DNA of 64,000 nucleotides, taken from the NCBI GenBank assembly GCA_011364925.1, contig RDOA01000003.1, positions 72,924 through 136,923 on the forward strand. Reading direction: 5' to 3'. The number at the start of each line of letters is the position of its first letter. Within the stretch, counting starts at the first letter, position 1. Positions 27,197 through 35,335 of this stretch are shown in pieces. Source of the DNA: Promethearchaeota archaeon (GTDB taxonomy: Archaea; Asgardarchaeota; Lokiarchaeia; Sigyniarchaeales; SOKP01). The position numbers and the translations under genes were made by a program. The notes under the pieces were generated by a model that was not told the origin of the DNA, made no database searches, and worked only from the letters and a program-made list of their open reading frames with translations.

Positions 27197-27757
27197 ATGT
27201 CTGATGTAGAAGAACAACAAAAAAATAGAGAATTCAAGACGGATGATGATTTCGATACTGAATTCTTTAAGAGAATAGAAAATAGGTCAAACATTATGAA
27301 ATGTATCCAATGTGGAACGTGTACCGCGAGTTGTGAAAGTGGTAGATGGACTGCATTAAAAACTCGTTCGATTGTACGAAAAGTTGTTCTCGGAGATTTA
27401 TCAGTACTGGATGACCCGGATATTTGGCTCTGTACGACCTGTTATCAGTGTTATGAGCGATGTCCACGGGATGTAAAACCAACAGATGTTATTATGGAAT
27501 TGCGAAATTACGCAACCAAACGAGGAAATATCTCACCTAACCATAGAGCTGTTGTTGGTTACTTAAAAAATTTTGGCCACGCAGTACCGATAAATGATGA
27601 AGTAAGAAAAAGACGAGTCGAATTAGGTTTAGAAGAATTACCTCCAACTGCTTTTAAATACAAGCAAGAAGGAGATGATAAAGACTTAAAAAAGATTGAA
27701 AAATATATGTTTGATTTACCTCCCGTTAAGGAGGAAAAAAAAGGAGAGGAGAAATAA
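27197..27757 (+). CDS. hdrC: heterodisulfide reductase subunit C-like (2x[4Fe-4S])
   Basis: CIQCGTCTASCESGR and CTTCYQCYERCPRDV. It sits immediately upstream of hdrB. Confidence 0.8.
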   Translation: MSDVEEQQKNREFKTDDDFDTEFFKRIENRSNIMKCIQCGTCTASCESGRWTALKTRSIVRKVVLGDLSVLDDPDIWLCTTCYQCYERCPRDVKPTDVIMELRNYATKRGNISPNHRAVVGYLKNFGHAVPINDEVRKRRVELGLEELPPTAFKYKQEGDDKDLKKIEKYMFDLPPVKEEKKGEEK

Positions 27758-27760
27758 ATA

Positions 27761-28675
27761 ATGGTTAAAGAACATACATTTGCTTTTTTCCTCGGATGTA
27801 TCATGCCCAATAGATATCCTGCGATTGAGAAAGCAACTAAATTCGTGATGGAGAAGCTTGGATATGAAATATTGGAAATGGAGAGGGCTACTTGCTGTCC
27901 AGCTCCAGGAGTATTCCGTTCATTCAATAAATTTGATTGGATGGTTGCGGGAGCTAGAAATTTATGCATTGCTGAACAATTAGATGCTGATATTCTTACT
28001 GTTTGTAATGGATGTTTTGGTACACTCCAAGAAATTAACAAACATCTTAAAGAAAACGAGGAACATCGAATACAAGTAAATGAGAAACTGAAACTCCTCG
28101 GAGACTACGAATTCAAGGGGATAATTGACGTTCGTCATGTTGCCGAAGTACTTGGATACGAAGTTGGACCTTGGGGGATAGAAGACCATATAGTAAGAAA
28201 GCTGAATTTGAAAGCTGCAATTCATTACGGGTGCCACTTTCTAAAACCAACCAGAATTAGAGAAATTGAGAGTTCAGAAGGACCTACAATAATCGAAGAT
28301 TTCGTTGAAGCGTTAGGAATAGAGTCCGTTCGGTTCAAAGAGCAACTTACTTGCTGTGGAGCGGGTGGTGGCGTAAAAGCTTATTCTGGCGATGCGAGCA
28401 TGACCATATTCGGGGAGAAAATGAAAAATATTGATGAAGTTAAACCTGATATTATATTAGATATCTGTCCATTCTGTCACTTACAGTTTGAGACAGGTCA
28501 AGATTATCTCAACAAAAATAAGGAATGTAATTACGATTATCCAGTGTTCCATCTTTCGCAAGTTTTAGCATATTGTATGGGAATGGATGTAGACTTTATT
28601 GGCCTTCAGTATCAAATGATGGGCAGGGACTTTATTTTTGGTGGAGAAGATGTTAAAAAAGAGGAGGCAATTTAA
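27761..28675 (+). CDS. hdrB: heterodisulfide reductase subunit B-like (two CCG domains)
   Basis: ATCCPAPG and LTCCGAGGG CCG motifs plus CPFCHLQF. 304 aa. Confidence 0.85.
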   Translation: MVKEHTFAFFLGCIMPNRYPAIEKATKFVMEKLGYEILEMERATCCPAPGVFRSFNKFDWMVAGARNLCIAEQLDADILTVCNGCFGTLQEINKHLKENEEHRIQVNEKLKLLGDYEFKGIIDVRHVAEVLGYEVGPWGIEDHIVRKLNLKAAIHYGCHFLKPTRIREIESSEGPTIIEDFVEALGIESVRFKEQLTCCGAGGGVKAYSGDASMTIFGEKMKNIDEVKPDIILDICPFCHLQFETGQDYLNKNKECNYDYPVFHLSQVLAYCMGMDVDFIGLQYQMMGRDFIFGGEDVKKEEAI

Positions 28676-30715
28676 ATGACTGTTGAAGAAAAAGTCAAAA
28701 AAACTGACGAAATTAAGGGCGGGGCAGATTCTAAAGAAGCAGAAGAAGAGCCTAGAATTGGTGTTTTTATTTGCCACTGTGGACACAATATTGCTGGTAC
28801 GGTTGATGTTGCCAAAGTGGCAGAATACGCCAAAACTTTACCTAACGTGGTTAAGGCCGAACATTATATGTTCATGTGTAGCAAACCGGGAGTTCAAATG
28901 CTTAAAGATTCGATTGAAGAACTTGGAGTTAATAGAACAGTTGTGGCTTCATGCTCAAAAAATCAACATGGGAGAACCTTTGCTAACGCGATCCAAGAAG
29001 AGGGATTAAATAAACATAGACACCAACAAGTTAACATAAGAGAATTTAATAGTTGGGTTCATCAAAAAGAGAAAGATAAAGCCACAGAAAAAGCGAAAAA
29101 GTTAGTAGAAGCGGGCGTTAACCGAGCAAGGAAATTAGAGGATGTTGAAACTCGCAGAATTGCGACTACTAAAGCTGCTCTGGTTATTGGTGCTGGAATT
29201 GCGGGACTTCGCGCTAGTTATGATTTAGCTGAATTAGGGATACCAGTTTACTTAATAGAGAGGTTATCTACAATTGGAGGGCACATGACTCAATTAAATA
29301 AAACGTTCCCGACACTTGAATGCCCTCAGTGTTCCATAAGTCCATTAACTAATGGAGTTGCGAACCATCCGCTAGTAGAACTTTATACAAACGCTCAGAT
29401 TAAAAATGTTGGTGGCTCTATGGGGAATTTCGAAGTGGAAGTCGAGATTAAACCTCGATATGTTAAGGATAATTGTACTTCATGCGGTGAATGTTCAGCT
29501 CATTGTCCTGTTGAAGTGCCAAGCGAGTGGGATAGTGGAATGTCTATACGTAAAGCGATATATAAGGCTTATCCACAAGCGATACCTGCGACTTTTGTCA
29601 GAGATAAGAAGAACTGTATTGAATGCAACACCTGTGTTAACATATGTCCGGTCAAAGCCGTTGATTTTTCGATGGAGACTGAGACCAAAACGTTCAAAGT
29701 CGGCTCTATTGTTGTAGCTGCGGGTTATGACGAATACGATCCTTCAGAAATCGAACCTTATCACTACGGACAAAAAGGATTCGAAGATGTCATTACACAG
29801 TTGAAATTGGAACGAATGTTAGCTCCAGGATCACTTACAAACAGTCAAGTTTTAAGACCTTCAGATGCAAAAATTCCGAAGAGTGTTGTAATGATCCAGT
29901 GTGTTGGGAGTCGAAATGACCAAGTTGGAAACGAATATTGCACAGGAGTCTGTTGTAAGTTTGCGATTAAGAACGCAAGAATTGTTAAAGAGATGTATCC
30001 TGACACTGACGTGACTATTTGTTATATTGATGTGCGAACTCCAGGGCTCAACTTTGAGGAGTTATATAAATCGGCTCAGGAAGTTGGAGTGAGATTTATC
30101 AGAGGGCGCCCATCAGAGATTGTGAGAGATCCGATATCTGGGAATCTAAAGGTAATCGTTGAAGATACTTTAAGTATGACTCCATTACAGTTGAAAGCTG
30201 ACATGGTGGTATTAAGTGCTGCGATGGTTCCACCTGAAGGAATTGGACCACTTGGGTCAAAACTTCAAGTATTAAGGTCAAAAGAAGGATTTTTGAAGGA
30301 ATTTCATATCAAAATGAACCCTACATTAAGTAGCAAAGGTGGAATTTTTATAGCTGGTGCGATTCAAGGTCCTAAGGATATTTCTGAATCGGTGGCTCAA
30401 GCAGGGAATGCCGCTGCGATCGCTGCTGCACCGTTGGTAAAAGGTTATATCGAAAAAGAAATGCTTATTCCTTCAGTTGATCTTGACCTATGCGTTAGAT
30501 GTGGATTATGCAAAACTGTTTGCGCTCCAGCTGCAATACAAATTAACGACGATGGAACGCCGATGGTGAACGAAGTCGCTTGCAAGTCATGTGGTATGTG
30601 TATGCCTGCATGTCCTACAGGAGCAATACAATTATTAAACTTTAGCGATAAACAACTATTAGATGAAATTATACCAATAGCAGGCGGAGGTGCTGTATGC
30701 GAAGATGAGCTGTGA
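28676..30715 (+). CDS. hdrA: heterodisulfide reductase subunit A (FAD, multiple [4Fe-4S])
   Basis: N-terminal IGVFICHCGHNIAG, FAD fold ALVIGAGIAGLRASYDLAELG, and ferredoxin motifs CTSCGECSAHCP, CIECNTCVNICP, CVRCGLCKTVC and CKSCGMCMPACP. Confidence 0.9.
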   Translation: MTVEEKVKKTDEIKGGADSKEAEEEPRIGVFICHCGHNIAGTVDVAKVAEYAKTLPNVVKAEHYMFMCSKPGVQMLKDSIEELGVNRTVVASCSKNQHGRTFANAIQEEGLNKHRHQQVNIREFNSWVHQKEKDKATEKAKKLVEAGVNRARKLEDVETRRIATTKAALVIGAGIAGLRASYDLAELGIPVYLIERLSTIGGHMTQLNKTFPTLECPQCSISPLTNGVANHPLVELYTNAQIKNVGGSMGNFEVEVEIKPRYVKDNCTSCGECSAHCPVEVPSEWDSGMSIRKAIYKAYPQAIPATFVRDKKNCIECNTCVNICPVKAVDFSMETETKTFKVGSIVVAAGYDEYDPSEIEPYHYGQKGFEDVITQLKLERMLAPGSLTNSQVLRPSDAKIPKSVVMIQCVGSRNDQVGNEYCTGVCCKFAIKNARIVKEMYPDTDVTICYIDVRTPGLNFEELYKSAQEVGVRFIRGRPSEIVRDPISGNLKVIVEDTLSMTPLQLKADMVVLSAAMVPPEGIGPLGSKLQVLRSKEGFLKEFHIKMNPTLSSKGGIFIAGAIQGPKDISESVAQAGNAAAIAAAPLVKGYIEKEMLIPSVDLDLCVRCGLCKTVCAPAAIQINDDGTPMVNEVACKSCGMCMPACPTGAIQLLNFSDKQLLDEIIPIAGGGAVCEDEL

Positions 30716-31154
30716 AGATATAGAGCCAGAAGTAATGGAAAAGATCCAAGATATTGTTGTTTTTATGTGTAACGAATGTGGACAAGGATCGGCAAATACT
30801 GCTGGTGTAGCAAGAATGGCGTATAATCCCGCAATCCGAATCGTTCGAGTCCAATGCACGGGTCAAGTAGGACCTATTCAAATAATGGATGCTTTGAATA
30901 ACGGTGCTGATGCGGTTGCTTGCGTTGGTTGTTGTCTTGGAGCGTGTCATTTCTTTAACGGAAATATTTTATCGATGCATAGAATCAAACTGCTGAAGAA
31001 AGTATTTAAAGAATTAGGGTATAGCGATCAGTTTGTTAATCAATACACATCACGAGCCGCGGAAGGAGAAACAGCTGTAGGAGATTTTGAGGATTTAGTG
31101 ATACGATTGTCTAATGCAATTAGAGAGGAGGGGACAATAAAAGATGGATGTTAG
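30705..31154 (+). CDS. mvhD: MvhD-like (methyl-viologen-reducing hydrogenase delta subunit family) [2Fe-2S] protein
   Basis: VVFMCNECGQGSANTAG...VRVQCTGQV...GADAVACVGC. The ATG at 30705 follows GGAGGTG (30687-30693) and overlaps the hdrA stop. Confidence 0.8.
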   Translation: MSCEDIEPEVMEKIQDIVVFMCNECGQGSANTAGVARMAYNPAIRIVRVQCTGQVGPIQIMDALNNGADAVACVGCCLGACHFFNGNILSMHRIKLLKKVFKELGYSDQFVNQYTSRAAEGETAVGDFEDLVIRLSNAIREEGTIKDGC

Positions 31155-32379
31155 AATTTTTCAATTTAATGGCTGCAATAAATGTTTCAACGAGACGATT
31201 CTCCTTAACGGTGAATCAAAATACAAGATTGAATTCATTGAAGATCCGAAGAATTGGAAAGAGATGAAAACTGATGTTTCTGTTATAACAGGATACCTTT
31301 TACCTGAAGATAAAGATACTTTAGAAAAAATTAAATCAAATTCGAAACGAGTCGTTGGTTACGGAAATTGTACTACGATGGGAGGAATATTTGCTTTAGC
31401 TAATCAAAGAGGCTATGAAGTATCCCCATTGAGTAGTTTCATCGAAGAAACAGAGAAAGTAAATGGTTGTCTGGGAGAAATTGAAGAATTGAGTGTAGCG
31501 ATTAACAGTGAGGCGGCTCCTAAATTACAGAATTTATGTGCGGTTTGCGCAAGAGAAACGACTTGCGATTACTTAGAAAGTGTTCATCGTCAAATAGAAT
31601 TAGAAGACGAGACAACATGTTTTAACGATCTCGGATATCTTTGTAATGGTTTTGTTGCTAAAGAATGTAAAGAGCGATGTATCGATTATAACGCACCTTG
31701 TAGAGGATGTAAACCAATTATAGATCGTTCAGGGATTAGAATGTTAGGAATGTTCGGTACTCTAATGGGCAACATTGAGGTTGCGACAGAGCATTCGGAA
31801 TTAGGCGCTACTGATAAGCTTGCAGATCGAGACGATGATATTACAGATAGTTTACCTGATGTTTTAGGCAATTTCTTTAGATTTACTCTATCGACTTCAG
31901 GACTTCCCAGAGGTAGAATTCCTTCGTCAGGAAATATACTTAACGATGTCTTTACTGGAAGATTAATAGAAGAGTTACCTCTGATTTCTGGGTTATTAGG
32001 TGGGAATCGTTCAATTTCCCTAACGCTAAAAATTATAGAAACATACGAGACCGCGAATAGCATTGAAGTAAGTGAACAAACAAAAAAATATCGTAAAGAA
32101 TTGTTAGATTTGGAAAGCCAGTTGCAGGAAGCTATTAAAAGCAAAGATCCTAAGCAGTATAAAAAGATTACAGACGAAATCAGAAAAATAGGCGGAAATA
32201 TGAATTTATCAAACGTATATTTCGGAGGATTCAAAGCTCAGATCGACGATAAAGACAATTTTGAAGATTATAAAGCCCACGTTTTTGATGTGGTTGAAGG
32301 AACCTATAAGAATGGTTCAGTAGAATTTACGATTGATCCAATCGGTATTGTAAAAGAAATAAAAATTAAAGAGGGATAA
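31144..32379 (+). CDS. MvhG-like [NiFe]-hydrogenase small-subunit homolog with a ~135-aa extra C-terminal region
   Basis: FNGCNKC, GYGNCTTMGGIFALAN, NLCAVCARE, YLCNGFVAKECKERCIDYNAPCRGC and GNFFRFTLS parallel my recollection of MvhG cluster-binding motifs, in the same order. No large-subunit gene is adjacent. Confidence 0.65.
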   Translation: MDVRIFQFNGCNKCFNETILLNGESKYKIEFIEDPKNWKEMKTDVSVITGYLLPEDKDTLEKIKSNSKRVVGYGNCTTMGGIFALANQRGYEVSPLSSFIEETEKVNGCLGEIEELSVAINSEAAPKLQNLCAVCARETTCDYLESVHRQIELEDETTCFNDLGYLCNGFVAKECKERCIDYNAPCRGCKPIIDRSGIRMLGMFGTLMGNIEVATEHSELGATDKLADRDDDITDSLPDVLGNFFRFTLSTSGLPRGRIPSSGNILNDVFTGRLIEELPLISGLLGGNRSISLTLKIIETYETANSIEVSEQTKKYRKELLDLESQLQEAIKSKDPKQYKKITDEIRKIGGNMNLSNVYFGGFKAQIDDKDNFEDYKAHVFDVVEGTYKNGSVEFTIDPIGIVKEIKIKEG

Positions 32380-32381
32380 AC

Positions 32382-34844
32382 ATGAGTTTCGAATTATTAA
32401 GGAGCGAAATTATTGACGCAGGTTTATGTCAAGGTTGCGGTTTATGTGCTGGTTCGTGCAAACACATTAATATGGAAATTGCCAGGCCGGTATTAAAAGA
32501 CTATTGCATCCTTGAAAGAGATGGTGAAGATTGTGGAAAATGTTACCAATCTTGTCCACAAGTGATCCAGAAAAAGTTTAAGGAAAAACAACCATTAGCC
32601 ATATATTCGTTAAGAACAAAAAATCCTGAAATTTTAGCTAAAGCTTCTAATGGAGGATTTGTCACAACTATCGCTAAAGAACTGTTAGAAAGTGAATCTC
32701 TGAAAGAGATTGTGATGGTTCAAGAAGATGACGAAAAACCAAAAGCAGAGATAGTAACGAATCCCGATGAAGTTATTAAAAAAGCAGGAGTCGTCTATGG
32801 TCGTTCTGGGGTACTTGAGCGTTTAATAGATGTTACTGGAGAAACCTTTGACCCTATTGGAATAGTGGGAGTACCCTGTGAAATGAGAGGAGCTGCGGAG
32901 ATCGAAGAAGAAATGAATAGAGAAATCTTGAAGATCGGGCTTTTCTGTAGTTCCCAAATGCGAACAGCTGAGACTGATAAAGGTTTAGTCTGTTCTCCAT
33001 GCTGTAACGGTTGCCCCTCAGGTGTTAATGCTCAAGGGTACGTGTCATTAATTCGTCAGGGAAAATACCAAGAAGCCGTGGATTTAATACGAGAAAATAA
33101 TCCCTTACCGTCCATCTGTGGAAGAATTTGTACAAACGAATGTGAATACGGATGCACATTAATTGGAGACGATCATCCTGTTGCAATCAGAGAACTAAAA
33201 AAATTCGTAACAGAATGGGAAATGGAACATGGGAAGAAGAAGAAGAAAAAGGTTGCTAAAAAGAATGGTAAAAAAGTGGCTATAATTGGAGCGGGACCAG
33301 CGGGATTAACCGCTGCGCATTACTTAGCAAATAGAGGATATTCACCAACTATTTTTGAAAAGACAGATCAAACAGGAGGTATGCTTCGATTTGGAGTCCC
33401 ACAATTCAGATTACCTAATTATGTATTAGATTACGATGTAGAATCAATAACAGATGCAGGTGTTGAGCTCGTTCTTAACAAACCTTTAGGACCTGATATG
33501 ACGATCAATGATTTAAAAAAGGAAGGTTTTGAAGCAATTTTTATTGCAACTGGTCAGTATAAACCAAGAACTTTGCACTTAGAAGGAGAAGACTTACCTA
33601 ATGTTTACGTAGCTATTAACTTCCTTATGGACAGGAAGTATAGATATTGGGAAAATAAAGAAGAATTTAATGGTAAAACAATTGGCATCATTGGGGGAGG
33701 TCCGGTTGCTGTAGATGTTGCTCAAACTGCGCTGAGACTTGGAGCGGAAAAAGTTCACCTCGTTGACATCATGAACGAAAAAGAACTCGAATTAGTCCTA
33801 AAAGATATCCCTGAAAATGAATACGAATATATGAAGTATCATTTTGCCACATCCACTTCTAAAATAACGCAAAACAAAGACGGAAAGTTAGTTTTGAACT
33901 GCTACAATATCGAATGGGGTGCTCCTGACAAGACGGGTAGACGACCTCTAAATAAAGTTGAGGGTTCTGATTACGAGATACCCATTGATGTTATTATAAT
34001 GGCAGTAGGACAAGCTGTTGACTTTGATTTAATCGATGTAGCAACCGAAAATAAGATTGAAAAAGAGCGAAATAGGATCAAGATAAATCCGGTAACGTTT
34101 GAAACAAGTATTCCCGGAGTGTTTGCTGGAGGTGATATCGTTTCAAACTCTAAAGCTGTCGCGATTGCTGGTATTGCTCATGGGAAAGAAGCTGCGATTT
34201 CAATAGACAGATATTTGAACGGTGAGGATTTAGAAGAAGGCAGAAATTATCGAAGTCAAATGTTTTTTACTGGTCCTCGTAAACCACCTAAAGATTACTC
34301 TTTAAAACCAGAAAATTTAGAGGATGCTACTGAAGAAATACAGTGGACATTCGATGAAATTGATGAAATGTTCAACGAAGATATGGCTTTAAGGGAGGCA
34401 AGGAGATGTTTGAGTTGTAACCACTTCTGTTCCCATTGTCAAGATTTTCCTGCCATATATTCTGACGTTACGGCAGGTGAAGTTGGTTCAGAAAAAGGTT
34501 ATACAACGGTAGTTGCTTGGACAGAAAAAGGTAAAGAACTTGTTGATAACGCGATCGCGAAGGGATTATTTGACCAAGGAAAGGTTAACGAAGGAGAGTT
34601 AAAAACGGCAATAAACCTTAAATCGAAACGAGAACTTATGAATTTCGAAAAAACTCCACGAACTCAGGTATTAGACTACGTAAAAATCCAAGGACCAAGT
34701 ACTATTAGCGATATAGCTCGAAATACTGGACTTGAGCAGAAAAAGGTCAGGTATGAAGCACTTCGATTAGTTCAGTTAATGGAATTTGAAATGAAAGCAG
34801 ATCCTGATATGACCGAACCGCTGTTTTCTATTGTATGTGATTAA
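32382..34844 (+). CDS. fusion oxidoreductase: 2x[4Fe-4S] + FrhB/FdhB-like domain interrupted by a GltD-like FAD/NAD(P) module + C-terminal wHTH-like tail
   Basis: CQGCGLCAGSC/CGKCYQSCP; FrhB-like NGGFVTTIAKELL and GVPCEMRGA...IGLFCS; GltD-like NPLPSICGRICTNECEYGC, KVAIIGAGPAGLTAAHYLANRGY and IGIIGGGPVAVDVAQTA; a return to FrhB-like SDVTAGEVGSEKGYTTVVAWTEKGKELV; tail STISDIARNTGLEQKKVRYEALRLVQL. Confidence 0.7.
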   Translation: MSFELLRSEIIDAGLCQGCGLCAGSCKHINMEIARPVLKDYCILERDGEDCGKCYQSCPQVIQKKFKEKQPLAIYSLRTKNPEILAKASNGGFVTTIAKELLESESLKEIVMVQEDDEKPKAEIVTNPDEVIKKAGVVYGRSGVLERLIDVTGETFDPIGIVGVPCEMRGAAEIEEEMNREILKIGLFCSSQMRTAETDKGLVCSPCCNGCPSGVNAQGYVSLIRQGKYQEAVDLIRENNPLPSICGRICTNECEYGCTLIGDDHPVAIRELKKFVTEWEMEHGKKKKKKVAKKNGKKVAIIGAGPAGLTAAHYLANRGYSPTIFEKTDQTGGMLRFGVPQFRLPNYVLDYDVESITDAGVELVLNKPLGPDMTINDLKKEGFEAIFIATGQYKPRTLHLEGEDLPNVYVAINFLMDRKYRYWENKEEFNGKTIGIIGGGPVAVDVAQTALRLGAEKVHLVDIMNEKELELVLKDIPENEYEYMKYHFATSTSKITQNKDGKLVLNCYNIEWGAPDKTGRRPLNKVEGSDYEIPIDVIIMAVGQAVDFDLIDVATENKIEKERNRIKINPVTFETSIPGVFAGGDIVSNSKAVAIAGIAHGKEAAISIDRYLNGEDLEEGRNYRSQMFFTGPRKPPKDYSLKPENLEDATEEIQWTFDEIDEMFNEDMALREARRCLSCNHFCSHCQDFPAIYSDVTAGEVGSEKGYTTVVAWTEKGKELVDNAIAKGLFDQGKVNEGELKTAINLKSKRELMNFEKTPRTQVLDYVKIQGPSTISDIARNTGLEQKKVRYEALRLVQLMEFEMKADPDMTEPLFSIVCD

Positions 34845-34879
34845 ATTTAAACCAAAATAAAATCAAGGAGAGAAAAAAT

Positions 34880-35119
34880 ATGAATTTTGACCAAGAATTA
34901 AATGTCTGCGGATTAGTCTGTCCCGTTCCAGCGCTTAAAACCAAAAAACAATTAATGAAGATGCGCCCTGGAACCGTGTTAAAGGTAATAACAGACTATA
35001 AACCTGCAAGTGAATCTGTTCCAAGAGATTTAGCTAAACAAACTAAGCACAAACACTTAGGAACAGAATTTCTCGAAGACGAAGAACAGTGGTATATGTA
35101 TTTTGAAGCTGTAAAATAG
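34880..35119 (+). CDS. second TusA/SirA-like sulfur carrier protein
   Basis: CGLVCPVPALKTKKQLMKM (CPxP motif). 79 aa, and a GGAGAG Shine-Dalgarno motif lies upstream. Confidence 0.75.
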   Translation: MNFDQELNVCGLVCPVPALKTKKQLMKMRPGTVLKVITDYKPASESVPRDLAKQTKHKHLGTEFLEDEEQWYMYFEAVK

Positions 35120-35335
35120 GTTCACAGAAAGTTAAAATTATAATATTTTATAATTCTTTTTTTATTAATATTGCTATAGAATTCACCATGTAATGTAGTG
35201 TATTATGAGTTTTAGATTGGAACCATATTAACGCTCTAACTTTTATGAATTTCAATCTCAGATGTAAATATTGATATTATTAACATCGTTATATGGATTA
35301 ATAGAGAATCATCAGAAACTATTAATTTGAAAAAC

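Noticed and set aside
25547-32234. Many track ORFs lie antisense or out of frame within the Tus/Dsr/Hdr cluster. They are 25547..25852, 25789..26001, 26696..27073, 27049..27294, 27294..27482, 27559..28041, 27980..28237, 28565..28786, 28683..29009, 29406..29717, 30099..30281, 30659..30859, 30669..30950 and 31686..32234.
   Set aside because: Each overlaps a plus-strand gene with strong family motifs (TusA, DsrE-like, HdrC/B/A, MvhD, MvhG-like). None has motifs, a Shine-Dalgarno sequence or a sensible gene context.
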